From: Oceanispirochaeta sp. | GTDB taxonomy: Bacteria; Spirochaetota; Spirochaetia; DSM-2461 | Direction: 5' to 3' | Assembly (NCBI GenBank): GCA_963663385.2 | Contig: CAXXXD010000003.1 | Location: forward strand, 1-64,000 | DNA length: 64,000 bases | Part shown: positions 8,490 through 17,458 of the stretch, one piece after another | Layout of the letters: the number at the start of each line of letters is the position of its first letter | How positions within the stretch are numbered: position 1 is the stretch's first letter | Position numbers and translations under genes: made by a program | Notes under the pieces: model-generated | The model's input: the letters and a program-made list of their open reading frames with translations, nothing else | Told to the model about the DNA's origin: nothing | Databases searched by the model: none

Positions 8490-9779
8490 TTGGACTGGAT
8501 TCAAAACGTACCCGTTTTTGTACGGATGCTATCGTCTCTTCTGCTTATACTCATAATCAATCAGAAGACTAAAGTGCTGACCCTGGCTGTTCTGTGCGGC
8601 ACTGTACTTATGGGATTCTGGACGGGAAACAGCCTTCCTGTTCTTTTCAGCACCGCTGTTCATGCCGTTTTAAACTGGGATGCCCTGTTTCTGGCTCTAT
8701 CCATCGGTCTGATTATAACACTCAGTCACCTTATGGCTGCCAGAGGCGTCATGAATGACATGGTGGAATGGGTGACTTCCCGTATGCATACCCGCATATC
8801 CATGGCTGTCCTGCCGGCCATTATCGGTCTGCTGCCTATGCCCGGGGGCGCCCTGTTTTCCGCTCCCCTGGTCGATGACTGTGACACGGACCGGATCGTG
8901 GAAGCCGAGCGGAAGGCTGCTATCAATTTCTGGTACCGCCATATATGGGAGTTTTTCTGGCCCATCTATCCGGGGATTCTCCTGGCAATCGACATTACCG
9001 GTCTTCCCGTACTGACCTATATCCGAATCACATGGCCCCTGTCGCTTTTTGCCATAGGGGGAGGGTACCTTTTTCTTCTGCACAAAGTGAAAGGTTCCGT
9101 GAAAGGTCCGGACCGGAGTGAGCCTGCCGATAAAAAGGTCTCCCTGTTTCTACTGCTGCTCCCAGTTATCACCGTGCTGGTGATCTATACGCTGATTAAA
9201 ATCTTTCTTCCCGGCATAACCGATATCAGTAAATATCTGGCCATGTTTATCGGTCTGATCGGTTCCCTTGCGGTCCTGCAGATTCAGAAACCCGGACCAC
9301 TTAAGGAAATGTTTTCTGTAATGATTCAGCCAAAGACCCTTATTATGGTATTTCTCATCATTTCCATTAAACTCTATGGCGCTTATGTTGAATCCGCCGG
9401 GCCGGACGGCCGGTTTCTTATGGCAGTCATGGGAGATGAGCTGCAGTCCCTGGGGATTCCCATCTGGCTGACCCTGGCGTTTCTGCCTTTTATAACCGGT
9501 CTTACCATGGGAATCACCGTTGGACTGGTAGGAGCCAGTTTTCCTATTGTCGTGCAGCTGCTGGGACAGATGGATCCCTCCTTTTACAGCGCGGGTCTTC
9601 TTATTGCAGTGGCATCCGGCTGGCTGGGCATGATGCTGTCTCCGGTCCATGTCTGTTTTATTGTGACGAATCAGCATTTCAAAACAGGCCTGCTCAAGAG
9701 TTTCAGCCGGCTTATGGGTCCCTCTCTGGTTCTGACTCTGGGGGCGGTTTTTATGGCTATTCTGTATATTCTGCTGTAA
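8490..9779 (+). CDS. DUF401 family membrane protein
   Basis: IGLLPMPGGALFSAPLV, NFWYRHIWE, SPVHVC; many TM helices. Confidence 0.85.
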   Translation: MDWIQNVPVFVRMLSSLLLILIINQKTKVLTLAVLCGTVLMGFWTGNSLPVLFSTAVHAVLNWDALFLALSIGLIITLSHLMAARGVMNDMVEWVTSRMHTRISMAVLPAIIGLLPMPGGALFSAPLVDDCDTDRIVEAERKAAINFWYRHIWEFFWPIYPGILLAIDITGLPVLTYIRITWPLSLFAIGGGYLFLLHKVKGSVKGPDRSEPADKKVSLFLLLLPVITVLVIYTLIKIFLPGITDISKYLAMFIGLIGSLAVLQIQKPGPLKEMFSVMIQPKTLIMVFLIISIKLYGAYVESAGPDGRFLMAVMGDELQSLGIPIWLTLAFLPFITGLTMGITVGLVGASFPIVVQLLGQMDPSFYSAGLLIAVASGWLGMMLSPVHVCFIVTNQHFKTGLLKSFSRLMGPSLVLTLGAVFMAILYILL

Positions 9780-10860
9780 TAAGGGCGGGGGATTCGGAGC
9801 AGACTCTGTTTCTCCCGGTTTCTTTGGCCCTGTAAAGGGCATCATCGGCCAGGCCGATAAGCCGGGAAACTTCATTTTCCGGATAAAACTGATTGATCCC
9901 GAAACTGGCTGTCTGCCCAGGCACCCCGGGGAAACTGTAATCTTCTATTTTTACTCTCAGTTTCTCCGCCAGGTTCCGGGCCGATTCCAGATCCGTTTCA
10001 GGACAGATTACAAGGAATTCCTCGCCTCCCCACCGGCCGGCAATATCGGTTGATCTGATATTGTTCCGAATCAAATCGGCAAACCGGATTAATGTCTCAT
10101 CTCCGATCTGATGACCGAAGGTATCATTGACTCTTTTAAAATGATCTATATCCATCAGGATAACAGAAAATACAGAGCAGTATCTCCGGGCCCGCTCCGC
10201 TTCATCCATAAGAACCCTGTCCAGCCTCATCCGGTTATTGAGTCCCGTTAATTTGTCGGTTATGGATAACTGATATAAGGTCGTATTTTTTTCATTAACA
10301 TTTATCAGAGCCGTTTTCAGAAGGAGAGAGATTTTATACCCGAAAAATCCCATTGATCCCATAATAAGGCACATAAAGAAGAACAGCTGTATCAGTTCGG
10401 CCGGTGTATAATCGGAGCCCCAAATGTTCAGGGCGTACCGAAGGTAAAGGCCCAGGGTCCCGGTGATGAAATTGAGGAGAATCATATATTTCGCTTCTTT
10501 TCTCCGGAATGTAAATACGGAAAATAGAGAGATTATGGTATGGACGAAGAAACCCGTAAATACAAACAGATCCCCCGACATCCAGATGACAATCATTCCG
10601 AAACAGGACCCGAACAGTACATAGGTTTTGGCCGCTCTGATAATATTTCCCCTTTTCAGTGAACGGTAATTGAAAATGCTGAAAGTAAGGGCGGTGAGTA
10701 TGACGACTTCCTGGATAAGGGTTTTGGTAAAATCATCGAAAAAAAACCATGCCGCATTTATTGTCAGGGCAGATGAAATGGCTACGATCATGCTTTTTGT
10801 CGTCACAGAGAGTACGCTTCTGATATAGGCTTCCAGATTGGTATCGAGTTCCACCTTCAT
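9757..10860 (-). CDS. Membrane-bound diguanylate cyclase
   Basis: About 6 TM segments, then TDKLTGLNNR, DIDHFKRVNDTFGH, RSTD (I-site), RWGGEEF. Confidence 0.93.
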   Translation of the reverse strand: MKVELDTNLEAYIRSVLSVTTKSMIVAISSALTINAAWFFFDDFTKTLIQEVVILTALTFSIFNYRSLKRGNIIRAAKTYVLFGSCFGMIVIWMSGDLFVFTGFFVHTIISLFSVFTFRRKEAKYMILLNFITGTLGLYLRYALNIWGSDYTPAELIQLFFFMCLIMGSMGFFGYKISLLLKTALINVNEKNTTLYQLSITDKLTGLNNRMRLDRVLMDEAERARRYCSVFSVILMDIDHFKRVNDTFGHQIGDETLIRFADLIRNNIRSTDIAGRWGGEEFLVICPETDLESARNLAEKLRVKIEDYSFPGVPGQTASFGINQFYPENEVSRLIGLADDALYRAKETGRNRVCSESPALITAEYTE

Positions 10861-11039
10861 ATTAAGTAGCTATTATAAAGGAAAATAGAAAAATCACAAG
10901 TTCATTGAAGATCAAATGGGAAGTATAATCTGTTAATTTTACCTGAATATGACGGATGTCAGTTCAACTCCGGGAAGGGGCAGCCTTTTTATACCATAAG
11001 ACTGCCTTTTGCTGCAGAGCACTCTTCGGCGGGAGAGGT

Positions 11040-11777
11040 TTAATCTTTTTCGCTGCCCATAAATTCAGGGTAATGCTTTTCTCCGCATTCAGGGCAGACC
11101 CCGTGGCTGAAATCAATATCGGCTTCTCTGTTCAGATAGCTCTCCAGTGAATGCCACTTACCGTTTTTATCCCGGATCCTTTTGCAGAATGAGCAGATGG
11201 GGAGCATTTCGTTGAGGCGTCGTATCTCCCTTTGGTATACCTTCCTGCTTCGTTCATAACTGTACAGTATGTAAAAGGAAAATCCGTATACGATAAGAAA
11301 GGCAAAGCTTTCGAATACATTGTAGGCTACCGTAATAATGGATAACCGGGACAGAATAAACAGTATTATCAGGGATGAAATCTGAACAGCTACCCATTTC
11401 GCTCCCCTGCTTACACCCCGTGTAGAGATAAAAAGACCCGGAAACGCAATACACCAGTATATTCCCGTATTATATAATCCTCCATCCCAGTAGAGGTATA
11501 TGGACAGGAATATGACTAAAACATTTATTGTCAAAGCCGGAGCTGTATACTTTTTTTTGACGATAAGTATATAGATATTGGATATCAACGCAGTAAAACC
11601 AAGGATAATTTCCGGAAACCCTGCGTAATACTTTCCCGTTAACAGATTGACAATCCCGAAAGCGATAAGAAGCGAGCCGGTAATGATTGTGACGATTAAG
11701 GTTATTCTGTACCTCATACAGTCCTTCTCCGGTCCCTGATACCCGGGTTTATCATCTTTACGATTCTGTTTTTTCAT
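11040..11777 (-). CDS. Membrane sensor-like protein with C-terminal Cys-rich (CxxC...HGxCPxC) domain
   Basis: 5-6 TM helices, then LPICSFCKRIRD...W..LESY...FSHGVCPEC. Confidence 0.8.
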   Translation of the reverse strand: MKKQNRKDDKPGYQGPEKDCMRYRITLIVTIITGSLLIAFGIVNLLTGKYYAGFPEIILGFTALISNIYILIVKKKYTAPALTINVLVIFLSIYLYWDGGLYNTGIYWCIAFPGLFISTRGVSRGAKWVAVQISSLIILFILSRLSIITVAYNVFESFAFLIVYGFSFYILYSYERSRKVYQREIRRLNEMLPICSFCKRIRDKNGKWHSLESYLNREADIDFSHGVCPECGEKHYPEFMGSEKD

Positions 11778-11838
11778 CTACCTATAGTAAATGTCAAACT
11801 CCTGTACCGCAATGAGAACCTTGGTACTTTTTTCAGAT

Positions 11839-12831
11839 TCAGTATTGCACCAGTATGGCCGATGAGTAATCCCCGGCATGGGAAAATCCGGCTATACAAA
11901 CCAGATTCCCCTTTTGAATAATATCTTTCTCCAGGGCTTCCGACAGATTAATCGGCATGGCGGCACTGAAGAGATTCCCGTATTTTTCAAATGTATGGTA
12001 CAGCTTTTCTTCAGGGAGCCCGACAAATTCCCTCCAGTTTCTTAAAAATACAGGATTCGGCTGGTTTGTGATCAGTACATCAATGTCCTGAAGTTTTTTT
12101 CCGTTTTTCTCACAGACCTCTTTTATCCGCTCGGGTACAGAGCGGTTCCCCCGGGAGATGATTTTCATAATTCTGGTCTGATTAAACTCAATGATTCCCA
12201 TCCTGTCGGAAGGTTCCCACCAGTAACAGCCGTCGGGTCTCTCTATATTCATATCCGATGCAAATTCTCCATGAGACCGGGTCGCTGATTTCAGAAGGCG
12301 GCCTCCGGTTTCCTGTTCCGATGCCATAAGCAGAGTAACGCCGCAGCCGTCTCCGGGTACAACAGACTGCTGTTTCTTTCTGTTCTGAGGGTGTCCGAAA
12401 ATCTTCCCCGCAGAGGTTTGGGTATTCCCAATCAGGGCGTATCGGATGTTCCGGGACCGCATCAGGATATCCGCCAGTTCCAGCATGTTCACAAAGGACG
12501 TGCAGCCGCTGTTATGGATATCGTAAATATAACGGGGATGCGATTCAACCGCATAGGCCCATCCTGCTCCCGGACCTGTAAAGGGGATATCGAGCATGGC
12601 TGAATTACTCAGGAAAAGGTCAACTTCAGAGGCATTCACCTTATGCTTTTCAAGCAGCTTCCGTGTTGCCTCTGTCAGGTATTTAAGGGCTGTCTCATCC
12701 TTTTCGCAGTGCCGTCTCTCCCTTGTCCCCCTGAACATGGGATTGGTATCAACCTGTTCACTGCCGAAATAACTGTTGGGGATCACTTTTTCCGGCAGAC
12801 AGGTTTCAACTCCCCTGATTATAATGTTCAC
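11839..12831 (-). CDS. 3-oxoacyl-ACP synthase III-like (FabH-fold) protein
   Basis: GTRERR, NSGCTSF (catalytic Cys), PGDGCG, TNQPN (in place of HQAN), YGN; GTG start overlaps upstream stop (GTGA). Confidence 0.88.
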   Translation of the reverse strand: MNIIIRGVETCLPEKVIPNSYFGSEQVDTNPMFRGTRERRHCEKDETALKYLTEATRKLLEKHKVNASEVDLFLSNSAMLDIPFTGPGAGWAYAVESHPRYIYDIHNSGCTSFVNMLELADILMRSRNIRYALIGNTQTSAGKIFGHPQNRKKQQSVVPGDGCGVTLLMASEQETGGRLLKSATRSHGEFASDMNIERPDGCYWWEPSDRMGIIEFNQTRIMKIISRGNRSVPERIKEVCEKNGKKLQDIDVLITNQPNPVFLRNWREFVGLPEEKLYHTFEKYGNLFSAAMPINLSEALEKDIIQKGNLVCIAGFSHAGDYSSAILVQY

Positions 12832-13478
12832 GGATTTCTTCCTTCTTCCCCGGTATAGGGGCCAAGGGGCAGGTCTCTGCTGCAGCGGTACTCCAGGATT
12901 CTTTTGAGATTTTCCAGTTCTGCCTTATGCCCGGCATAAAAGAAGTCCCATAATTCGCCCACCCATATCCGTCCCTTTTCCGACAGTTCCGGATAAGGAT
13001 TCTTATGGTAATGCGGATGCCTGCAGTTTTGCCAGAAGACAACGGAACCCGGTTTGCCCAGAACAGGACCGGCAGGGACAATCCTGTTCAGGTAGACCAT
13101 CCACAGATCCTCACCCTGATCCCAGGCACAGTGATAATCCACGGTCATGGCTTCTCTGTTGGACTTTACGGAGCAGTATATGTCTGTGTTTTCCACAACC
13201 AGGTCTGTACCCTTATAAAGGTTGTCTCCGACAGCATGGTAGTCTCTGGTGCTGTATGTCCATTCGGATAAACTATGGATATTTGACATATAATCGAATA
13301 CTTCAAGAGGCGGGCAGTCAATGTATGTCTGAACGGTACAGTAGGATCCGAATATTTCATCATGGGGATATACGGTATGGGTGGATTCCATCATATCGGC
13401 CTGGAACTGACCCGCCGGATAGGATTCCTGCCTTTTTACACCGGGAATCCGTTCTATGTCCCTGCTTTCGGTTTTCAT
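12828..13478 (-). CDS. SRPBCC (START/polyketide cyclase-fold) protein
   Basis: IDCPPLEVFDYMSNIHSLSEW N-terminal signature; C-terminal helix ELENLKRILE; ATGA overlap with upstream gene. Confidence 0.82.
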   Translation of the reverse strand: MKTESRDIERIPGVKRQESYPAGQFQADMMESTHTVYPHDEIFGSYCTVQTYIDCPPLEVFDYMSNIHSLSEWTYSTRDYHAVGDNLYKGTDLVVENTDIYCSVKSNREAMTVDYHCAWDQGEDLWMVYLNRIVPAGPVLGKPGSVVFWQNCRHPHYHKNPYPELSEKGRIWVGELWDFFYAGHKAELENLKRILEYRCSRDLPLGPYTGEEGRNP

Positions 13479-15130
13479 GTTTTTGCATCTCCTTTGTAAA
13501 GTGGCAGATAGGGGGGCAGATCATTATCACCAATCCTGTCATCAATATTAATGGATATCAGCACAGGGCCGTCCGAAAGGCGTGTCTCATTAAAGACCTT
13601 TTCTAGTTCCTCTGCACAATTTACATCACAGGATGGTAAACCGGGAAACATTCTATTAAATCCGTCTCCCAGGTTTGCCGAAGTAAAATCATTGGAACCG
13701 CTTAGTGTATGGAAGAAGCCGGATTCCCGGTAACTGCACATTTTATGTCCGTTGTTATTGAATATAATGTATGTAATCGGCAGTTTCATTTCAAGAGCGG
13801 TGTGGATCTCAAAACCGTTCATATAGAAAGAACCGTCACCGGCAATGAGAATCCCCTTATGCCCGTTGGCTTTTGCCGCACCAATGACAGAACCGAAACT
13901 GTATCCCATCCCGGCCATTCCCAATGCAATTCTGAAGGTGTTAGAGCTTCTCACTCTTAGATTATGGAGGGCATATGCTCCTGTCACACCCGCATCAACA
14001 GCTATATTCATATCAGGCTCTATCTCTCTTTCAATTACCTTCAGCATCCGGACGTATGGATTGGCTGCCTCATTGGAGAAGGAGAGGCCCGTCCGCTTCT
14101 CCGTTTTTACGGTTTGAAGGTGGCGTTTTAAAAACTGGCAACCCGATTCAACAGATTCGCTGACATGATAATACGTCCCTTTAAAAAGGGGGGGCTTTCC
14201 CAGAATGAGGATATTCTTCTCTGCGTCCTCTATCCCGTAAAGATCGTTTTCATTAAGTTTTGCGCCTGCCACGATCAGGGTTCCGGCTTCTTTTACGGCT
14301 TTAAAAGCGGAAGGATTACCCATGATTCCGATGGATCCGGCATATAAAGGACTGAAATTGTCAAAAGCCGATTTCCCGTCGGGAGTCGTCACCACAGGAC
14401 AGTCCAGTTTTTCAGCAAGAGCCTGAAGCCCGGCCGCTGCTTTCTGACCGGACACACCGCTGCCTGCCACTATGGTGAAAGGCCCGGCGGGCAGACAGGT
14501 CTTATCCATCATTACCCCGGTTTCTGCAGAAGCAGGCGAGGGGATTACCGGCAGAGGCGCCTCAACAGGCCGGGCAAACAGGTTTTGGGGGATCATAAGA
14601 ACAGCGGGACCTTCCCTGTTTATCACCAGTTTCTGATAAATTTCATTCAGGATCCGGGGTAGCTCTTCGGGGGTCTTCAGAATTTTACAGTACCGTGAAA
14701 CACAGCCTAGAATAGCAGCCAGATCGGGAGTCCCGTTTTGGCCGCTGGTCTCCTGAAAGGCTCCATGGAGTTCCCTGTTATTCTCGGGTTGCCCTGCCAG
14801 AACGAGGACAGGGCTCTTTTCGGTATAAGCTTCTCCGAGAGCCGGAACGATATTTAGGGCTGCTCCCCCGGAGGTGGTTGCCATCACTCCCAGTACTTTT
14901 CCGCATTTTGCATAGGAATCGGCCATGGCGGCGGCCGCGAATTCATGCTTTGCCGTAACAAGCGAGACAGGACCGGCTGATGCGTGAATGGAATGGAAGA
15001 AATGTTCAATCCTGCCGCCGGATACCCCGAATACTGTATCAACTTCAAGAGCGTTTATAAATCCGATCAGATATTCGGAGACATTCATTGTTCTTTCTTT
15101 TAAAAACTGTAAATCGTTCATTCCATTCAT
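13475..15130 (-). CDS. Thiamine diphosphate-dependent enzyme (acetolactate synthase-like); likely start 15088
   Basis: VFGVSGG, KHEFAA (catalytic Glu), TTSGG, GMAGMG, GDGSF...FNN ThDP motif. Confidence 0.92.
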   Translation of the reverse strand: MNGMNDLQFLKERTMNVSEYLIGFINALEVDTVFGVSGGRIEHFFHSIHASAGPVSLVTAKHEFAAAAMADSYAKCGKVLGVMATTSGGAALNIVPALGEAYTEKSPVLVLAGQPENNRELHGAFQETSGQNGTPDLAAILGCVSRYCKILKTPEELPRILNEIYQKLVINREGPAVLMIPQNLFARPVEAPLPVIPSPASAETGVMMDKTCLPAGPFTIVAGSGVSGQKAAAGLQALAEKLDCPVVTTPDGKSAFDNFSPLYAGSIGIMGNPSAFKAVKEAGTLIVAGAKLNENDLYGIEDAEKNILILGKPPLFKGTYYHVSESVESGCQFLKRHLQTVKTEKRTGLSFSNEAANPYVRMLKVIEREIEPDMNIAVDAGVTGAYALHNLRVRSSNTFRIALGMAGMGYSFGSVIGAAKANGHKGILIAGDGSFYMNGFEIHTALEMKLPITYIIFNNNGHKMCSYRESGFFHTLSGSNDFTSANLGDGFNRMFPGLPSCDVNCAEELEKVFNETRLSDGPVLISINIDDRIGDNDLPPYLPLYKGDAKT

Positions 15131-15437
15131 ACCGATTATATCCGATTGATATCACAATATAAACAATCACTCCTTTATGCATGATCTTTCAGGACATCCG
15201 CAGTAAGCTGTTGTGCCAGGATTGGTAAAAAGTTAAACAAATATACTATCGGAATTTGTTTCTTTTCATTTTTTCAATACAATAAACTTATATTAGAAAA
15301 TCCGGTATAAGCAATATTACCTATTTTTCAAAATTTATTTGGAAATGACCAATTGGAATTAAGGGTTAAACAGAATGTCCTGTCCTGCTTTAATAATGTT
15401 TTCCGGCAGGTTTCCTTTTCTTATATATAATTAATAT

Positions 15438-16028
15438 ATGGCCGGTAAGCATAATCGTATGGAGGAGGAAAGCCTGGAGGGGTATCTCTCTGAAACCCGG
15501 GCTCTGCTTTTGCAAACCGAACAGTATGTTATCCGGAACACAAAGATCTACGATCAGTATGATGAGGCTTTTCTGCAGCTGCGGGAGATTCTGGAGGCCG
15601 GGGAGGATCAGAGGGAAGAGATTGAAAAAGTCCGGGTCTATATTTCAAAAATCCGGAAGTCCCTCAGGCTGAAGGGGTATAATTTCAAGATCCGTCCCAT
15701 GGATCTGAAGGTGGACGGTTTCCGAAATGAAGAGTCCGCCGCTCAGGGATTCAAACGCTGCGTGGTTGTTCTGACAGAGGAGGGGGATGTCCTTTTTATG
15801 GCCGGAACCGAAAACCATAAGCAGATGCAGAAAGCCCTGGAGGGCAAAGTTGCTGCCAGCGGGAGGGACGCAGTCAGAGAGGTCCACCATCTCTGGTTCA
15901 ACTGGGTGGACCGTGTGCTGATCCTGTCCGGGGCCGCATCGGAGTCACCGGAGAATTTCGATCGGTTTGAAGAGTACGCCGCTTCCCATAAAGAGTACCT
16001 GCTGAAGAAGCTGATGAAGATCAGTTAA
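15438..16028 (+). CDS. Hypothetical protein
   Basis: 196-aa ORF with natural composition filling the gap; no motif recognised. Confidence 0.75.
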   Translation: MAGKHNRMEEESLEGYLSETRALLLQTEQYVIRNTKIYDQYDEAFLQLREILEAGEDQREEIEKVRVYISKIRKSLRLKGYNFKIRPMDLKVDGFRNEESAAQGFKRCVVVLTEEGDVLFMAGTENHKQMQKALEGKVAASGRDAVREVHHLWFNWVDRVLILSGAASESPENFDRFEEYAASHKEYLLKKLMKIS

Positions 16029-16106
16029 TTTTCTCCGGATTCAGTCTGTTTAAATATGTTAAATATAGTTTTCCTGTCGTTCATCGGATATTTATGTTTT
16101 ACCTTT

Positions 16107-17216
16107 TCAACAGTCTGTAGATTTCCTTATAACAGGGTATCCCTGGAGGGTTACAGTCCGGGGCCCCAGGTTATTATCCTTGATCCGGGAAACTAAAAGG
16201 CGCACAACTTCATCCGCAATCTGATTACAGGGCTGATGGTAGGTTGTAAGAGGTGTTTTAAGAATTTCTCCGTATTTGATATCGTCAAATCCGCATAACC
16301 TTATATCTTCCGGTATACTGTATCCCAGTTCTGTTATTGTCTGAAGCAGATCGGCTGCGGTTTCGTCATTGCCGCAAATCAGGTTTGCAGCCATTCTCTC
16401 CTTAATCATTTTTTGTACGCTTGCTTTATCATTCGGATGGATCTCATGAATCCAGGACTGCTGGGGGGGGATCCCATACTCAACGAGTGCCGACCGATAC
16501 CCCTCAAGCCTGAGCTTCATGGATGCCGCAGAAAAGGGTTTGTGTATAAAATCTACTCTTGTGCAGCCCTGTTTCAGATAGATTTCTGTCATTTGATATG
16601 CTCCGAGGTAGTGGTCCATGCTTACAAGGTCATAGCTGCTTCTATCGGGAAAGGTGGTATAGTCGGAATCCAGAAGAATGACAGGAATACCGGCTTTGTC
16701 CAGAATATTGAGTATCACCCTGTTTATTTCGAGCTTGTTTACCCGGTGTTCCAAAGGAGTAAAGATGACAGCCGAGACTTTATGATCCTTATATTTACGG
16801 GCTATCTGAATTAAATCATCGGGGGAGCTTATCCTGCTTGAACTTTGCAGTCCTCCGCTCCATAGCAGGGAAAAATGGTTTGAGCCTGACAGCTCGGCAA
16901 TCCTTGCGCAAATGGGTTCGAATATGGCCCCCTGACCCAGGTCCGGGATAATAAGGCCTACCATTCTGTTCAATGCCAGACCCAAATTCTCATTTTTAGG
17001 GGAAACATAGCTGCCCGAACCGGTTATCCGATAGATCAACCCTTCATCTTTCAAAGTGTTCAGGGCACGGGTAACAGTCGGTCTGGAGACTCCGTACTGA
17101 TTTGCCAGTTCTGTTTCGGTGGGAAGTTTGTCTCCCGGATCGAGGCTGCCGTTCTGCAGCATTTTATGTAATTCCCGGTAAATTGTCAGGTATTTTAAAT
17201 TCTGGAACTGGCTCAT
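16107..17216 (-). CDS. GntR-HTH / LacI-type sugar-binding regulator (AraR-like)
   Basis: KLPTETELANQYGVSRPTV; ICGND, PEDIRLCGFDD, LTT..QP. Confidence 0.92.
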   Translation of the reverse strand: MSQFQNLKYLTIYRELHKMLQNGSLDPGDKLPTETELANQYGVSRPTVTRALNTLKDEGLIYRITGSGSYVSPKNENLGLALNRMVGLIIPDLGQGAIFEPICARIAELSGSNHFSLLWSGGLQSSSRISSPDDLIQIARKYKDHKVSAVIFTPLEHRVNKLEINRVILNILDKAGIPVILLDSDYTTFPDRSSYDLVSMDHYLGAYQMTEIYLKQGCTRVDFIHKPFSAASMKLRLEGYRSALVEYGIPPQQSWIHEIHPNDKASVQKMIKERMAANLICGNDETAADLLQTITELGYSIPEDIRLCGFDDIKYGEILKTPLTTYHQPCNQIADEVVRLLVSRIKDNNLGPRTVTLQGYPVIRKSTDC

Positions 17217-17458
17217 TTTTTAATCGTAGGATCCTCTTTAAATAGTTAATTGTTGCACAGTATAAACAAATACTCACCCGCTTGGGGGAATTTTTTTTTA
17301 ATTCTAATTCAGTTTTAATATTTTTAACAAGTATATAACAGATCGTTTTCTTATGCTTTACAGATTGTTTACAAATAATTTGCACATTTAAAAAAGCTGT
17401 GATACTATGAAATCACAAAAAACAGACAGAATGTTTTGTCAAATTACGGAGGAGTTTT

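Noticed and set aside
13475..15130. Calling the operon genes ilvB and fabH
   Set aside because: No ilvN/ilvC or fab/plsX context, and the FabH-like triad is altered
15202..15218. sigma54-like TGGCAC upstream of the ThDP operon (minus strand)
   Set aside because: No GC at the -12 position (TGGCACAACAGCTTACT)
17240..17400. AraR-type operators between the regulator and the SBP gene
   Set aside because: Only weak TTGT...ACAA symmetry in very AT-rich DNA
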